From the NCBI GenBank assembly GCA_965217895.1, contig CBDCJV010000002.1, positions 4,480,001 to 4,544,000 of the forward strand: a stretch of DNA of 64,000 bases. The letters run 5' to 3'. Below the pieces are notes generated by a model. The model saw only the letters and a program-made list of their open reading frames with translations, was not told where the DNA came from and ran no database searches. The translations under genes and the position numbers were made by a program. This document shows, piece after piece, positions 18,154 through 28,024 of this stretch (position 1 is its first letter; each line of letters begins with the position of its first letter). This stretch comes from Waterburya sp. GTDB taxonomy: Bacteria; Cyanobacteriota; Cyanobacteriia; Cyanobacteriales; Xenococcaceae.

Positions 18154-20736
18154 TTACAATCTCGGATCGACAGGTTCGCTTTCTAAAGCTAATACTCCAA
18201 AAACACATTCATGAACCTGCCTCAACGGTGCCTTAGAAACAAAACCTTCTAAAGCTTCAATCCCCAATGCAAATTCTCTCAATGCCAGCGATCGCTTCTT
18301 TGATAACCCCCTTTGCTTTAAAGATGTTAAATTTTCTGGTAGTGAATATTCCAAACCGTAGATAATTCTCAGATATTCCGCACCGCGACACTTGACCGCA
18401 GGCTGAACCAACTTGTTACCGTTGCGAGTAATAAAGTTTATCGGCTTAACTACCATACCTTCCCCACCAGCAAGTGTCAGTTCTTGCCACCACTTAATAC
18501 CCCCTCGGCATTCGGCTTCGTTGTTGAGATCGATAGCTTTGTAGTTAGTTGCTAATAATATTTCCGAATCACCCTCAGAGATCTCCGCAATTTGTTCCAG
18601 ATGCCAGATATGAGTTTTATCGGTATGAACCTTGCCTTCGGTTGCCAAAATATGGAACGGTGCTAATTTGAGATCCTCGATCTTATTTACCGACCAACAG
18701 TATTGACGATAGGCATTAACATACTTCTCTGCTAAATCTTGTTTCTGTTGATACTGAGATAATAGAGAACCAACATCGATACCTCTATTACTTGCCTGTT
18801 GCAAACAGTCAACCGTCGCACTCAATCCTTGGTTAGCTGCTACTCCTACAGGAACGTACTGCTGCTTGAGTAGTTCCCGTGCCTTTGCCGACCAGGGCAT
18901 CAATTCGCAGTCGAGACAAACCCAATCTGTATCTAAATTGTTCCAGAAGTTGCTGTCAGTCAGAGCCGTATTGAGGCGAGTTAGTAATGCGCTTTCTAGT
19001 GCTTCGCGAGCGAAAAAGCGTCTACCCGTTCGGGTGTAGCAAATCCCAAAACTACTATCTTCAAGACCGAATCTTTTAGCAGCAGCTTGAGAATCTCGAC
19101 AAACAATAACTACAGCGCGAGAACCCATGTGCTTTTCTTCACAAATAACCGTTTCAACTCCCTGTTTTCGGTAATAGTCAAAAGCTTCTATGGGATGTTC
19201 CAACAAGTTAGGTAATTTAGAAGTTGCTACGGGAGACATGGTAGGTGGTAGATAGATCAGCCACTTGGGATTGACCGCAAAGCGACTCATCACTTCTAAA
19301 GCAGCAGTTGCTTGTGATTCTCGGATGGTAATCTGGCGGTTGAGTTTGGTAGCAATAAAACGCTTGCCCGTAACATCGGCAATATCTAACACATCGTCTT
19401 GCTTTTGTTGGAGGCTGAAATTATTGGTTTCGGCATCTAAAGGCTTGATGGGTTGGCAGTAAACCCTAGCTGCTTCGACGCTAACTGACTCTCGTTCGGA
19501 ATAGCGCAGGGCGGTTAATTTACCGCCAAAGACACAGCCCGTATCAATATCGACAGTGTTATTTAGCCATTGCGCCTCGACTACAGGAACGTGTCCGTAA
19601 ACTACCAGACTGTTTCCTCGATATTCTGATGCCCATTCATAGCGTACTGGCAATCCAAAGCTGTCTATTTCTCCTGTAGTTTCGCCATAGAGAGCAAAAT
19701 TACGAACGTAAGCCGAACCTCTACCCTGTAATTCTTCTCGCAGTCCTGCATGAGCCACTACTAAGCGTCCTTCATCTAAAACATAGTGACTGATTAGAGA
19801 ACGTAGAAAAGTTTGAATCTCTTCGGTTGCTGCCTGATGCTGTTTTAGAGGCATGGCTTCGATCTCGGCTAAGGTATTTTCCAAACCATGATTGATTTTT
19901 ACTTTCTTGCCATTGAGCTTTCGCATTAATTTGTTTTCGTGATTGCCCAGAATACAAAGTGCAGAATCTGCAACCATCATGTTGTGTACCAGCTTGAGGG
20001 TATCTAGAACGCGAGAGCCTCGATCTACTAAATCTCCAAGGAATAGGGCTTTGCGACCTTGGGGGTGGGTATAGGTAGGAAACTGCCAGAAGGGGTGAGT
20101 TATGGCGTTACTTTCATTAGCAACATAACCAAGTTCGCCTAATAACTTTTCCAACTCATCACAACAACCGTGAACGTCTCCGATGATATCGAAAGGACCA
20201 TACTCGTGTTTGCGGTTAGTCCACATCAACTGTCGTTCCACTTCAACAGTATCGATTTCTGCTTCTGAAGAGAGAGTATAGATAAAGCGAAAGCCTTCTC
20301 GTTTGAGGTTGCGGAGCGATCGCTTCAAACTGTTAACCTGATTGCGAACTACATGACTACCAAACTGGCGATCTGGTCTTTGTCGATTGCGCTGCTGACA
20401 AATAGACTCAGGCGCGTCTAAAACTATGGCAACGGCAAAACAATGATACTGTTTGGCTAGCTTTAATAATGGTTTGCGGCTTTCGGGTTGGACGTTAGTA
20501 GCATCGATAACCGTCAGTCTTCCTGCTGCCAAGCGTTTGGCTAAAATGTAGTGCAATACGTCAAAGGCATCTTTAGTAGCAGCTTGGTCGGTTTCGTCGT
20601 CGGAGACTACACCGCGAAAATAGTCTGATGAGAGTATTTCTGTCTCTTTAAAATGGGTGCGAGCAAAGGTAGACTTACCAGAACCCGATGCGCCAATTAA
20701 GACGATTAACGATAGTTCGGGAAAGGTTAGTTTCAT
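18154..20736 (-). CDS. pnkp: Polynucleotide kinase-phosphatase-ligase Pnkp (RNA repair)
   Basis: GASGSGKST kinase, GDVHG/GDLVDRG/GNHE metallophosphoesterase, EEKHMGSR ligase motif I, ESEPVDPRL end. Confidence 0.96.
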   Translation of the reverse strand: MKLTFPELSLIVLIGASGSGKSTFARTHFKETEILSSDYFRGVVSDDETDQAATKDAFDVLHYILAKRLAAGRLTVIDATNVQPESRKPLLKLAKQYHCFAVAIVLDAPESICQQRNRQRPDRQFGSHVVRNQVNSLKRSLRNLKREGFRFIYTLSSEAEIDTVEVERQLMWTNRKHEYGPFDIIGDVHGCCDELEKLLGELGYVANESNAITHPFWQFPTYTHPQGRKALFLGDLVDRGSRVLDTLKLVHNMMVADSALCILGNHENKLMRKLNGKKVKINHGLENTLAEIEAMPLKQHQAATEEIQTFLRSLISHYVLDEGRLVVAHAGLREELQGRGSAYVRNFALYGETTGEIDSFGLPVRYEWASEYRGNSLVVYGHVPVVEAQWLNNTVDIDTGCVFGGKLTALRYSERESVSVEAARVYCQPIKPLDAETNNFSLQQKQDDVLDIADVTGKRFIATKLNRQITIRESQATAALEVMSRFAVNPKWLIYLPPTMSPVATSKLPNLLEHPIEAFDYYRKQGVETVICEEKHMGSRAVVIVCRDSQAAAKRFGLEDSSFGICYTRTGRRFFAREALESALLTRLNTALTDSNFWNNLDTDWVCLDCELMPWSAKARELLKQQYVPVGVAANQGLSATVDCLQQASNRGIDVGSLLSQYQQKQDLAEKYVNAYRQYCWSVNKIEDLKLAPFHILATEGKVHTDKTHIWHLEQIAEISEGDSEILLATNYKAIDLNNEAECRGGIKWWQELTLAGGEGMVVKPINFITRNGNKLVQPAVKCRGAEYLRIIYGLEYSLPENLTSLKQRGLSKKRSLALREFALGIEALEGFVSKAPLRQVHECVFGVLALESEPVDPRL

Positions 20737-22187
20737 CTGACAAACACCCCCATACTAGTCGGCGCACCTACTTCTGGATCGACATCTCCAATACCGCTCA
20801 ACTCGACCTGGTAGTCAAACTTTTGAGCGACACGATTTGCCCAATCTTGAAACTCCTGTCGCGTCCATTCAAAGCGATGATCGCGGTGGCGTAGCTTACC
20901 TTCGACTAGAGTAAAACGGACATTGTATTCGATATTGGGTGTGGTCACAATAACTAATTTGGGTCGGGCAAATTCAAACAAGACTCTTTCTAAAGTAGCA
21001 AGGCGGTCTAAGTCGAGATGTTCGACTACTTCTATTAGTGTAGCTGCGTCGTAACCCGTAAAACGGCGATCGCGATAAACCAGCGACCCTTGAATTAGTT
21101 GAATCTTTCCCTGCTGATGTATCGGTAGTTCGTCGAGTCTTAACCTTTTGCTAGCTATTTCTAAAGCGCGATAGGAGACATCTACCCCCGTAATCTGTTT
21201 AATATTTGGTTCTTTGAGCAAATACTGTAACAGTTTGCCTTCACCACAACCGAGGTCGATAACCCGCTTTACGTTGTAATTTTTCAAGGTAGCGGTAACT
21301 GTTCCTAATCGCTGTTGGTTGAGCGTGGGATAGGCACAAAGGACTTGTCCGCATGTACTTGTTTCCGCATCTAGAACCACGCTGTTGAGACTAATTGGTT
21401 TTTCGAGTGCTGTTTCTTGACGCTCGTCTTCCGTATCTGTTACCTCAACATCTTTACCGTCTTCTTCGGTTAACCTTTCTAAAGCAATTCGAGTTAGTAG
21501 TTTTCTGCGTTTGAGATATCGCTGGGTAATTTTATCTCGAATGGGATGATCGTTGAGCCAGCTTTTTCCATATCGCAGTAGTTTTTCGATTTCTGCTTCA
21601 CCTACCCAGTAGTGCTTATCCTCATCTAATACGGGAATTAAAACGTAAAGATGACTAAGTAAGTCGCTAAGTCTGACTGTATTAGTCAGAGTCGCGTCGA
21701 TATAAATGCTGTTAGAGTCTTCGGTATATGTTTCGTCGCCAGGTATTACTCGTCCTTCTACTTGATATCCCAAAGGCTCGAATAGTTGACGTAGAAAATT
21801 ATAACCACCAAGACAGGGCAAAACGGGTATATGTACGGTTAAGGGAATAGGCTGAGATACCAATTCTGGTAAGTTTTTACAGCGTCCTGCTAGTGCCGTG
21901 CGATAAACTTCGGCGATCGCCACACTGAGAAACGAAGATGCAACATAGGGGCGATCGTTAACGTAATGAGCTAGTGTTTGAGCTTGCCATGATTTGTTCC
22001 GAACTAATTCTACGGGATTAATGTCTAGAAGCAAGGCAGTGGTGCAGCGTTCTACGGTTGCCTCTGGATAGAATACATGTGCTTTACCAAACGATAGGGA
22101 AAAGGTCTGGCATTTATCGGGATGTTTGTGGAGTAAGTAACCCAAGTCTGTAGCGGGTTGATGGGTAGTAGTGATAGTCAACAGCAT
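20733..22187 (-). CDS. hen1: 3'-terminal RNA 2'-O-methyltransferase Hen1 (with a 22-aa in-frame insert)
   Basis: MLLTITTT..PATDLGYLLHKHP, DLGCGEG, EVVEHL, TTPNIEYN, RHRDHRFEWTR; coupled to pnkp by ATGA overlap. Confidence 0.96.
   Translation of the reverse strand: MLLTITTTHQPATDLGYLLHKHPDKCQTFSLSFGKAHVFYPEATVERCTTALLLDINPVELVRNKSWQAQTLAHYVNDRPYVASSFLSVAIAEVYRTALAGRCKNLPELVSQPIPLTVHIPVLPCLGGYNFLRQLFEPLGYQVEGRVIPGDETYTEDSNSIYIDATLTNTVRLSDLLSHLYVLIPVLDEDKHYWVGEAEIEKLLRYGKSWLNDHPIRDKITQRYLKRRKLLTRIALERLTEEDGKDVEVTDTEDERQETALEKPISLNSVVLDAETSTCGQVLCAYPTLNQQRLGTVTATLKNYNVKRVIDLGCGEGKLLQYLLKEPNIKQITGVDVSYRALEIASKRLRLDELPIHQQGKIQLIQGSLVYRDRRFTGYDAATLIEVVEHLDLDRLATLERVLFEFARPKLVIVTTPNIEYNVRFTLVEGKLRHRDHRFEWTRQEFQDWANRVAQKFDYQVELSGIGDVDPEVGAPTSMGVFVR
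21322..21383. mobile_element. 62-bp miniature inverted-repeat insertion in hen1
   Basis: Ends AGCGTGG...CCACGCT, flanked by a GTTG direct repeat; net +66 nt, in frame. Confidence 0.75.
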
Positions 22188-22249
22188 TTTAGTTATCTAT
22201 AAGGTATTGAAGTTCTTGCTTTGGGTTTAGGTAACAATACATTTCTCTT

Positions 22250-23641
22250 TCAGATCTCTACTAATGACGACTCGATATTTCTTTCCTGTTCGTCAGTTAG
22301 ATAATCTCGTTCGACATCAATAACTGATAGCGGTACATCTTCATTAATCTCTCTCAAAGAAGAATAAATATCCCATCTTTTGTCCTCCGATAAACCCCAA
22401 ACTACCAAAGTAATCTCCGACCAGTATGACAGCGGTTCGGGCTTAGTCAAATCGCCAATTACACCAATCCTACTAGGAGCAAAGCTTTCTCTGATAATTG
22501 CAGCAACCTCCCGTGCTTTTTGCCACCACTCGGTTTTACGCTGCTCATCTAGTCGTTCTAAATTCAATCTATTGAATAAAGCATCGCACCACACGGTAGG
22601 CGGTAACACCTTAATACTACTGGTCAAACCAAAAGTCATCAGCAGCATTCCGATGAGATTGCGAATGCCTGTTTTGCCACCAATATCTGGTTTGCCCTCG
22701 AAGAATTCAAATTTGGCTTCGGGACTCCAGCAAATATACTGCTCGAAACTAATAGGAGTAGGTTTTAACTGTATCTCAGGCTGAAACGGCAGTTCTCCCC
22801 AACCCAATCCATTCTCAGGGAAATGTATCTTGGAGCTGTCAGAACTCGGAGCAACTTCTAAGCGAAATAACTCTAGGTCGAATCTTGCTTCTTGCCAGAG
22901 TCGGTAAGTCAAGAATACTAAACCAGGTATGTTAGAAGGTCGGTAGCATCCGTCGAGTTCTAGCTGCTGCTGGTGAAACTTACCATCCAGGTTATGCCAA
23001 AATTCGATTTGTTCGTTTTGAGGATCGATTATCCAGTATTCTTTTACTTCACCCGCCTGATAGTAATCTTTTTTAGCTACCTTATCGGCATAGCTATGAC
23101 CAGGGAGAATCACTTCTATAACCAAATCGGCAGCGCCATCTAAATAGTAGGCTTTTAGCTGGTGTAAATGTTCGCGAGCGATAAATACGAGATCGGGAGT
23201 AAAGCCATTATCGCCGAGGCGCATCACAAAATCACGACCTAGAACCGTTCCTCCTAGAGATTCACCAATCTGCCAAAGTGCTGTAGTTAGCTTCTGCTGT
23301 AGCGAGTTATGGTCGTAGTTATTTTTGCCGTAACCCGCTGTCAAATCTTCTGCTCGGTATTCTATAGATATAGCGATCGCTTTTAAGTCGAGTAAAGTGC
23401 TACGTAGATCGTCTTCATTAATTTCTAATTGATCGAGTTCCATGCTGGCTGCTAAAGCTTTAATCCAGAGAGATATTGGAGCTAGAGCTACTGCTGCTTC
23501 TGCTCCCCAACCTTGAAGAACCTGTCGTAACAATAGACGACTGCCAACTATGGTGTTGCCGACAATCAGCTTGCCCTCGATGAGTTCTAGTTTACCTTCA
23601 GTGCCTCGGCGACAGAAATCGTTGAATAACTCAGAGTTCAT
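22250..23641 (-). CDS. Uma2/DUF820 endonuclease-family protein with C-terminal minimal nucleotidyltransferase-like domain
   Basis: FTPDLVF...ADLVIEVI...KKDYYQAGEVKEYWIIDP; C-terminal AREVAAIIRESFAPSRIGVIGDL...SEITLVVWGL. Confidence 0.75.
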   Translation of the reverse strand: MNSELFNDFCRRGTEGKLELIEGKLIVGNTIVGSRLLLRQVLQGWGAEAAVALAPISLWIKALAASMELDQLEINEDDLRSTLLDLKAIAISIEYRAEDLTAGYGKNNYDHNSLQQKLTTALWQIGESLGGTVLGRDFVMRLGDNGFTPDLVFIAREHLHQLKAYYLDGAADLVIEVILPGHSYADKVAKKDYYQAGEVKEYWIIDPQNEQIEFWHNLDGKFHQQQLELDGCYRPSNIPGLVFLTYRLWQEARFDLELFRLEVAPSSDSSKIHFPENGLGWGELPFQPEIQLKPTPISFEQYICWSPEAKFEFFEGKPDIGGKTGIRNLIGMLLMTFGLTSSIKVLPPTVWCDALFNRLNLERLDEQRKTEWWQKAREVAAIIRESFAPSRIGVIGDLTKPEPLSYWSEITLVVWGLSEDKRWDIYSSLREINEDVPLSVIDVERDYLTDEQERNIESSLVEI

Positions 23642-23668
23642 TTTTCGTATAGAGCCTGGGAAAATAAG

Positions 23669-24340
23669 TTATGAGTCGAGTTTTAGTTCGAGCTTGGTAG
23701 CTAACTGTCTTAAACTCTGTGCGATCGCGCTTTGTTTGGTATCGGCATAGGTCGATATAGGTCGAACCAAATCGATTCCGCTAATACTACAAGCCCAACG
23801 TCCATTTTCTTGCGGCAAAGCTGTGACCCGAATGGCTTCGTCAAAGAGGTCTACACTTTCTATTGCATAACTGCGACTGCTCTCAACACAATTAAACAAA
23901 TTGCTTTGCGGAAGAGTTTCGATTAGATGCGAGCGAAATGCTTCTGTGTCTACTGCTAAGTCTTGTAATAATTTAACAGCCACACCTTCACCTAAGTCTA
24001 AAATTCCCAGCATCAAATGTTCTGGCGCGATTATCGCATTGTTTTGGGTATAGTCGTCAGCCAAAGCAAAAATTCTTCTAACATTTGGAGTAAAGGGGAT
24101 TTCTGAAGCTACGAATCCCGCTCCTCTACCAATACGTGTCTCAATTCTCTCTTTCAAAACATCTGTGGTCAGAGCAACCGATGAGATATATATTGAGGCT
24201 TGATTGGTTTCTTCCTCTGAAATTCCCAACAGTAGTTGTTCGCTGCCAACGAAATTGTGTCCGAGACGACGAGACTCGATGTTTGACAGACTTATTACCT
24301 TGAGAGCTGCGACACTGAATTTGGCTTTAATCTCTCTCAT
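23669..24340 (-). CDS. Clp N-terminal repeat-domain protein with a short C-terminal alpha/beta domain
   Basis: ESRRLGHNFVGSEQLLLG...IPFTPNVRRIF...IAPEHLMLGIL; no AAA+ domain. Confidence 0.85.
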   Translation of the reverse strand: MREIKAKFSVAALKVISLSNIESRRLGHNFVGSEQLLLGISEEETNQASIYISSVALTTDVLKERIETRIGRGAGFVASEIPFTPNVRRIFALADDYTQNNAIIAPEHLMLGILDLGEGVAVKLLQDLAVDTEAFRSHLIETLPQSNLFNCVESSRSYAIESVDLFDEAIRVTALPQENGRWACSISGIDLVRPISTYADTKQSAIAQSLRQLATKLELKLDS

Positions 24341-24855
24341 CGGACTATATAAAAACTATTCTAATTAAGATTTTGGTAAAGGTTGAGTAAAATTCTTTGC
24401 TGTTTGAATTTTACATCAAACACAGTTGCTCTCTTTGATTGGATCTAACTGTTGAATGACCGACCAGTATAATTTCATCCTGCTTCTCCTAAAATCATTG
24501 CTTTTCTCAATTGAAAACAGTTTACCCAAAAAAGATTGGCGTAGCGAGTTTTTCAGCAGCATATCAGCAATTTACTAACGCGACTAAATATCTCATTGAA
24601 GTTATTATACGAATGTACTATTGATATCAGCAATCTGCAATTTTAAACGCTTTAATTAGTCAATTAGAATTCACTTTCAAACAGAACACCATCTCGCCGT
24701 AGATCGTGTTCAAAATCTCTGCGCTGGGAAAAATATAGGTTAGTTTGAATATCTTTGAAAAATAACCTTGTTTTCTAACCCTGGTAACTGCCGGCTCTAA
24801 TGCTACGAGTAGTTAAATTAGTAGGAATACTGAAAAAACTTTTTTAGCAATAAAC

Positions 24856-25383
24856 TTAATTGTTTATTTTATTTTGATGTCTAGCCATTTTCCTAAACTG
24901 CAAACCACAATGCTGACATTCGCCGATTTCCCACTGAGAAGGAATCAAAAAAGCAGTACCGCAGTTAATACATTTAGCTAAAAAACGAACGTTGTGGAGA
25001 TCGCATCCTCTTTTATCTTTAAACTGCCATTCAATTCGGTGATGGGGTTTTTCTTGATAACAAGCAGCACACAACAAAGTGGGCTTGCATTTCATCGTAA
25101 CTCCCTTTGGTGGAAACATTAGTCTCAGGCGATCGACATCCACCATTACTATCTCAGCCAAAGCTGCTAACTCTTGCTGAGTAGGAAAGGGATTGAAATA
25201 GAACTTTTCCCATCTTGCCAAAACCGCACCTAAACCTACTACCTCTCCCAAACCGCTAGCAGCAGAGAATCTATTACCCTTAGCCCGTCGAAAGCGGCCT
25301 AAAAAATGACTAATGCTTTCTCCTTCCAATGGTTCAACTTTGGTTAGCCAATAGTGATTATTTTCTCTTACTTTTTCTTTCAT
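24856..25383 (-). CDS. tniQ: TniQ (V-K CAST)
   Basis: VEPLEGESISHFLGRFRR, RWEKFYFNPFP, Zn-finger cysteines. Confidence 0.96.
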   Translation of the reverse strand: MKEKVRENNHYWLTKVEPLEGESISHFLGRFRRAKGNRFSAASGLGEVVGLGAVLARWEKFYFNPFPTQQELAALAEIVMVDVDRLRLMFPPKGVTMKCKPTLLCAACYQEKPHHRIEWQFKDKRGCDLHNVRFLAKCINCGTAFLIPSQWEIGECQHCGLQFRKMARHQNKINN

Positions 25384-26224
25384 AAGACCATTTGGTTGAA
25401 GATATTACTTGCTTCAAAATTTCAAGATCGACTTTCTGATGACCCTGACGTAAAGATCTAATGGCAGCTTTACGCAAAACCATGTCTAATCTACCAACTA
25501 ATTTTTTCGTAGCTATTTTTAAATCACTAAATAATTTCCCTTTAGTAAGATTAGAGGGTTCGGGTAGCTGCAAAACATCTCTTTCCCAGATCGCTACCAT
25601 TTGTTTAAATTCCTTATCATCGAGGCGATCTAGTTCGTATTCTTCTAAGAAGCGATTCTCAACTTGCTCGTCGCGTTTAATTACTGCGTGCAAACGGTTT
25701 GTCGTACCTACCAGCAATACTGCTAAATTTAGCTCATCTTCATCGTAAACGTGTCTAAGATCGGAGAAGGTTTTTTGTTCGAGGTGGTTGGCTTCATCTA
25801 CAATCAACATTTCAACTTGATGAATTGCTAAGGCATCCAAAGTTCTTTCTCTAAGATCGGAAACATTTCCATTGGTGGGCTTATTCAATGCTTTGAGAAT
25901 TTTGATAAAAAATTCCCTAGAACCACAACTTACGGGAATTTGAATATAAACCACGGGTTTTATTCTTTTACCTTTGCCAGACTTAAATTTATTGTATCTT
26001 TCAGCAAAAGACTTGCAAGTCACTGTTTTACCCGAACGAGATTCACCCACCAAAAGTCCTGTACTCTTGGACATTAACAATTCATACATCCAGCTATGAC
26101 AATTTTTAACTCGCTTTAATTCAAGATAGGGTTGACGACTTAAGCGTTCTATTTCTGCTTGAATTTCGGCAGAAGGTGGTTCAAAGTCACCAAATTGATT
26201 AGCAATAGTTTGAGTGTTGGTCAT
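25358..26224 (-). CDS. tnsC: TnsC AAA+ ATPase (V-K CAST)
   Basis: GESRSGKT Walker A, MLIVDEA Walker B. Confidence 0.96.
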   Translation of the reverse strand: MTNTQTIANQFGDFEPPSAEIQAEIERLSRQPYLELKRVKNCHSWMYELLMSKSTGLLVGESRSGKTVTCKSFAERYNKFKSGKGKRIKPVVYIQIPVSCGSREFFIKILKALNKPTNGNVSDLRERTLDALAIHQVEMLIVDEANHLEQKTFSDLRHVYDEDELNLAVLLVGTTNRLHAVIKRDEQVENRFLEEYELDRLDDKEFKQMVAIWERDVLQLPEPSNLTKGKLFSDLKIATKKLVGRLDMVLRKAAIRSLRQGHQKVDLEILKQVISSTKWSYERKSKRK

Positions 26225-26237
26225 TATTTCAGTTCAT

Positions 26238-27941
26238 TTAATCTTCTTCAAATAAATCGTCCATATATTGGACTTTTAATGGAGGTGGTAGTTCTAGTTC
26301 TTCATCGTTTACCTCCAAGTCCGTTACTTCTGGCTCGGCTATGTCTAGCTTCTCAACCAATGATTTAACAGGGTTTACAGTCTGATGGGCATTCTGGCGG
26401 CGTTGTTGAAGATTGCGAGCAGCAGTTTCTTCTACAAATTCTTCTCGATCTAACATTGCCAAAATAGCTTGATTATTAATTTCCTCACTTTCATCGCGAA
26501 GAGCTTGCTTAATAGCTCGAAGATGCCTGAGAGATAATGTCCTATCTTCAATCCCCTGCGCGTGAGCATAATCGAGAAACTGTTCTGTGGAGTCAGGAAG
26601 ATGTTCGTAAACTAGAATTGTCGTAATGTCTTGAGGATCGTAGCGTATGGAGATAATTTCTCCAGCCATGCTTTTCAAGTGTTCTGACTTGTATACTAAG
26701 CTTTCAAAATTAATCGTTCCATACTTTTGAACTTTTCGCCTTTCCTGTTTCATTAAAGCAATATCTAATTCTCGCTCATCAAAAAGATAAGGATCGAATA
26801 ATAGCCCTGCCTCCCAACGCTCCATTCGACTCTGGTTTTGGCTGCGAGCATCGGTTTTCTGGTTGTATTCGTCAACTATGTAGCGCACTAAAATTTGTTC
26901 TAAGTCTTCGATTGTCAGCAGAGCATTTTTATCTACATCTTTTGGTCTTTCTTGAACGTTTCTACCCGTATATCCTGGTAGTTCGCGCAAAACGCGATCG
27001 TTCAAACTACGAAAGAATCGCTCTACAATTCCACCGTCTGATGGTCTTCTTCTTAAAGCACCACTAAATTCTAGTTCTACCGCTACTTGTTCTGTTATGT
27101 GAATCGAACGAAAGTCTTTTCCGCCGTCGGTGTAGAAGTAGTTGGGTTTACCATAGCTAGTCCACTCGTTTTTTAGTTGATACTCCGAACTATAGTGTTT
27201 GGGAAAGATAGCGTGACGTAAAGCCAAAGCATCAATGTTAGAACTAGGCGCATCAAATCCTAGATAAAATCCCATCGGACAACGCGAATAGGAATCAATG
27301 ATAATTGTCAACCAAGGGCGATCCAATACTCCGTATTCATCTACCAATCTAACGTCCAATCTAGTATGGTCGCATTGCCAAACATCATTACTGCATTCTA
27401 CTTCTAACTCTCTACCGTCACGAGCCATGTGGGTTAATCTAGAGCCAGTATATCCAGCACTACGGGCTTTGAGTTTTTTCTGTTTTTCTTCTATAAAGCG
27501 ATCTAAGATGCGATAGACAGTCTGATGAGAAGGATATTCTTTTTTCTTCAATCCTTGTTGCAAAGCTCGCCCTTTAACTTTGAGAAATACTTGATGGCGA
27601 GTAATTCTTCTACCGTCTTTGTTGCCTTGTTTATAGGTTTCTAGAATAAAGTCTTCCCAATCTTCTCCAATACGATAATGACCTTTATCAGAACGGGTTT
27701 TGGTTAATCCCACTAATCCTTGCTCGCGATACTTCTTCAGCAGTCTTTCTACAGAGCGAATTGATATCCCTAATTTCTTTGCTGCTGCTTTTTTTCTCTT
27801 GCTGTAGGTAGCGCGATCGCATGGTTCAGTCAAACTTTGAATTATCTCCATCTTTAACCTAACGTCATCGGTTATTAAATCGTCAGATGGCAATCGATTT
27901 TTATTATTAGAGTGTGTATCTTCAGAGTTTTTGGTTAACAT
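26238..27941 (-). CDS. tnsB: TnsB DDE transposase (V-K CAST)
   Basis: WQCDHT, YTDGGKDF, GGIVERFF catalytic DDE; GLTKTRSDKG. Confidence 0.97.
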   Translation of the reverse strand: MLTKNSEDTHSNNKNRLPSDDLITDDVRLKMEIIQSLTEPCDRATYSKRKKAAAKKLGISIRSVERLLKKYREQGLVGLTKTRSDKGHYRIGEDWEDFILETYKQGNKDGRRITRHQVFLKVKGRALQQGLKKKEYPSHQTVYRILDRFIEEKQKKLKARSAGYTGSRLTHMARDGRELEVECSNDVWQCDHTRLDVRLVDEYGVLDRPWLTIIIDSYSRCPMGFYLGFDAPSSNIDALALRHAIFPKHYSSEYQLKNEWTSYGKPNYFYTDGGKDFRSIHITEQVAVELEFSGALRRRPSDGGIVERFFRSLNDRVLRELPGYTGRNVQERPKDVDKNALLTIEDLEQILVRYIVDEYNQKTDARSQNQSRMERWEAGLLFDPYLFDERELDIALMKQERRKVQKYGTINFESLVYKSEHLKSMAGEIISIRYDPQDITTILVYEHLPDSTEQFLDYAHAQGIEDRTLSLRHLRAIKQALRDESEEINNQAILAMLDREEFVEETAARNLQQRRQNAHQTVNPVKSLVEKLDIAEPEVTDLEVNDEELELPPPLKVQYMDDLFEED

Positions 27942-28024
27942 GACCAGTACTGAAATTAATTGAATTAGAAATCAATTAATTCAAAATTACTATTTTGTTC
28001 AAATAGTACCAAAATTTTATCAAA

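Noticed and set aside
24405..24478. Tiny minus-strand ORF with a good RBS (MKLYWSVIQQLDPIKESNCV)
   Set aside because: Only 20 codons; cannot distinguish a peptide from a remnant
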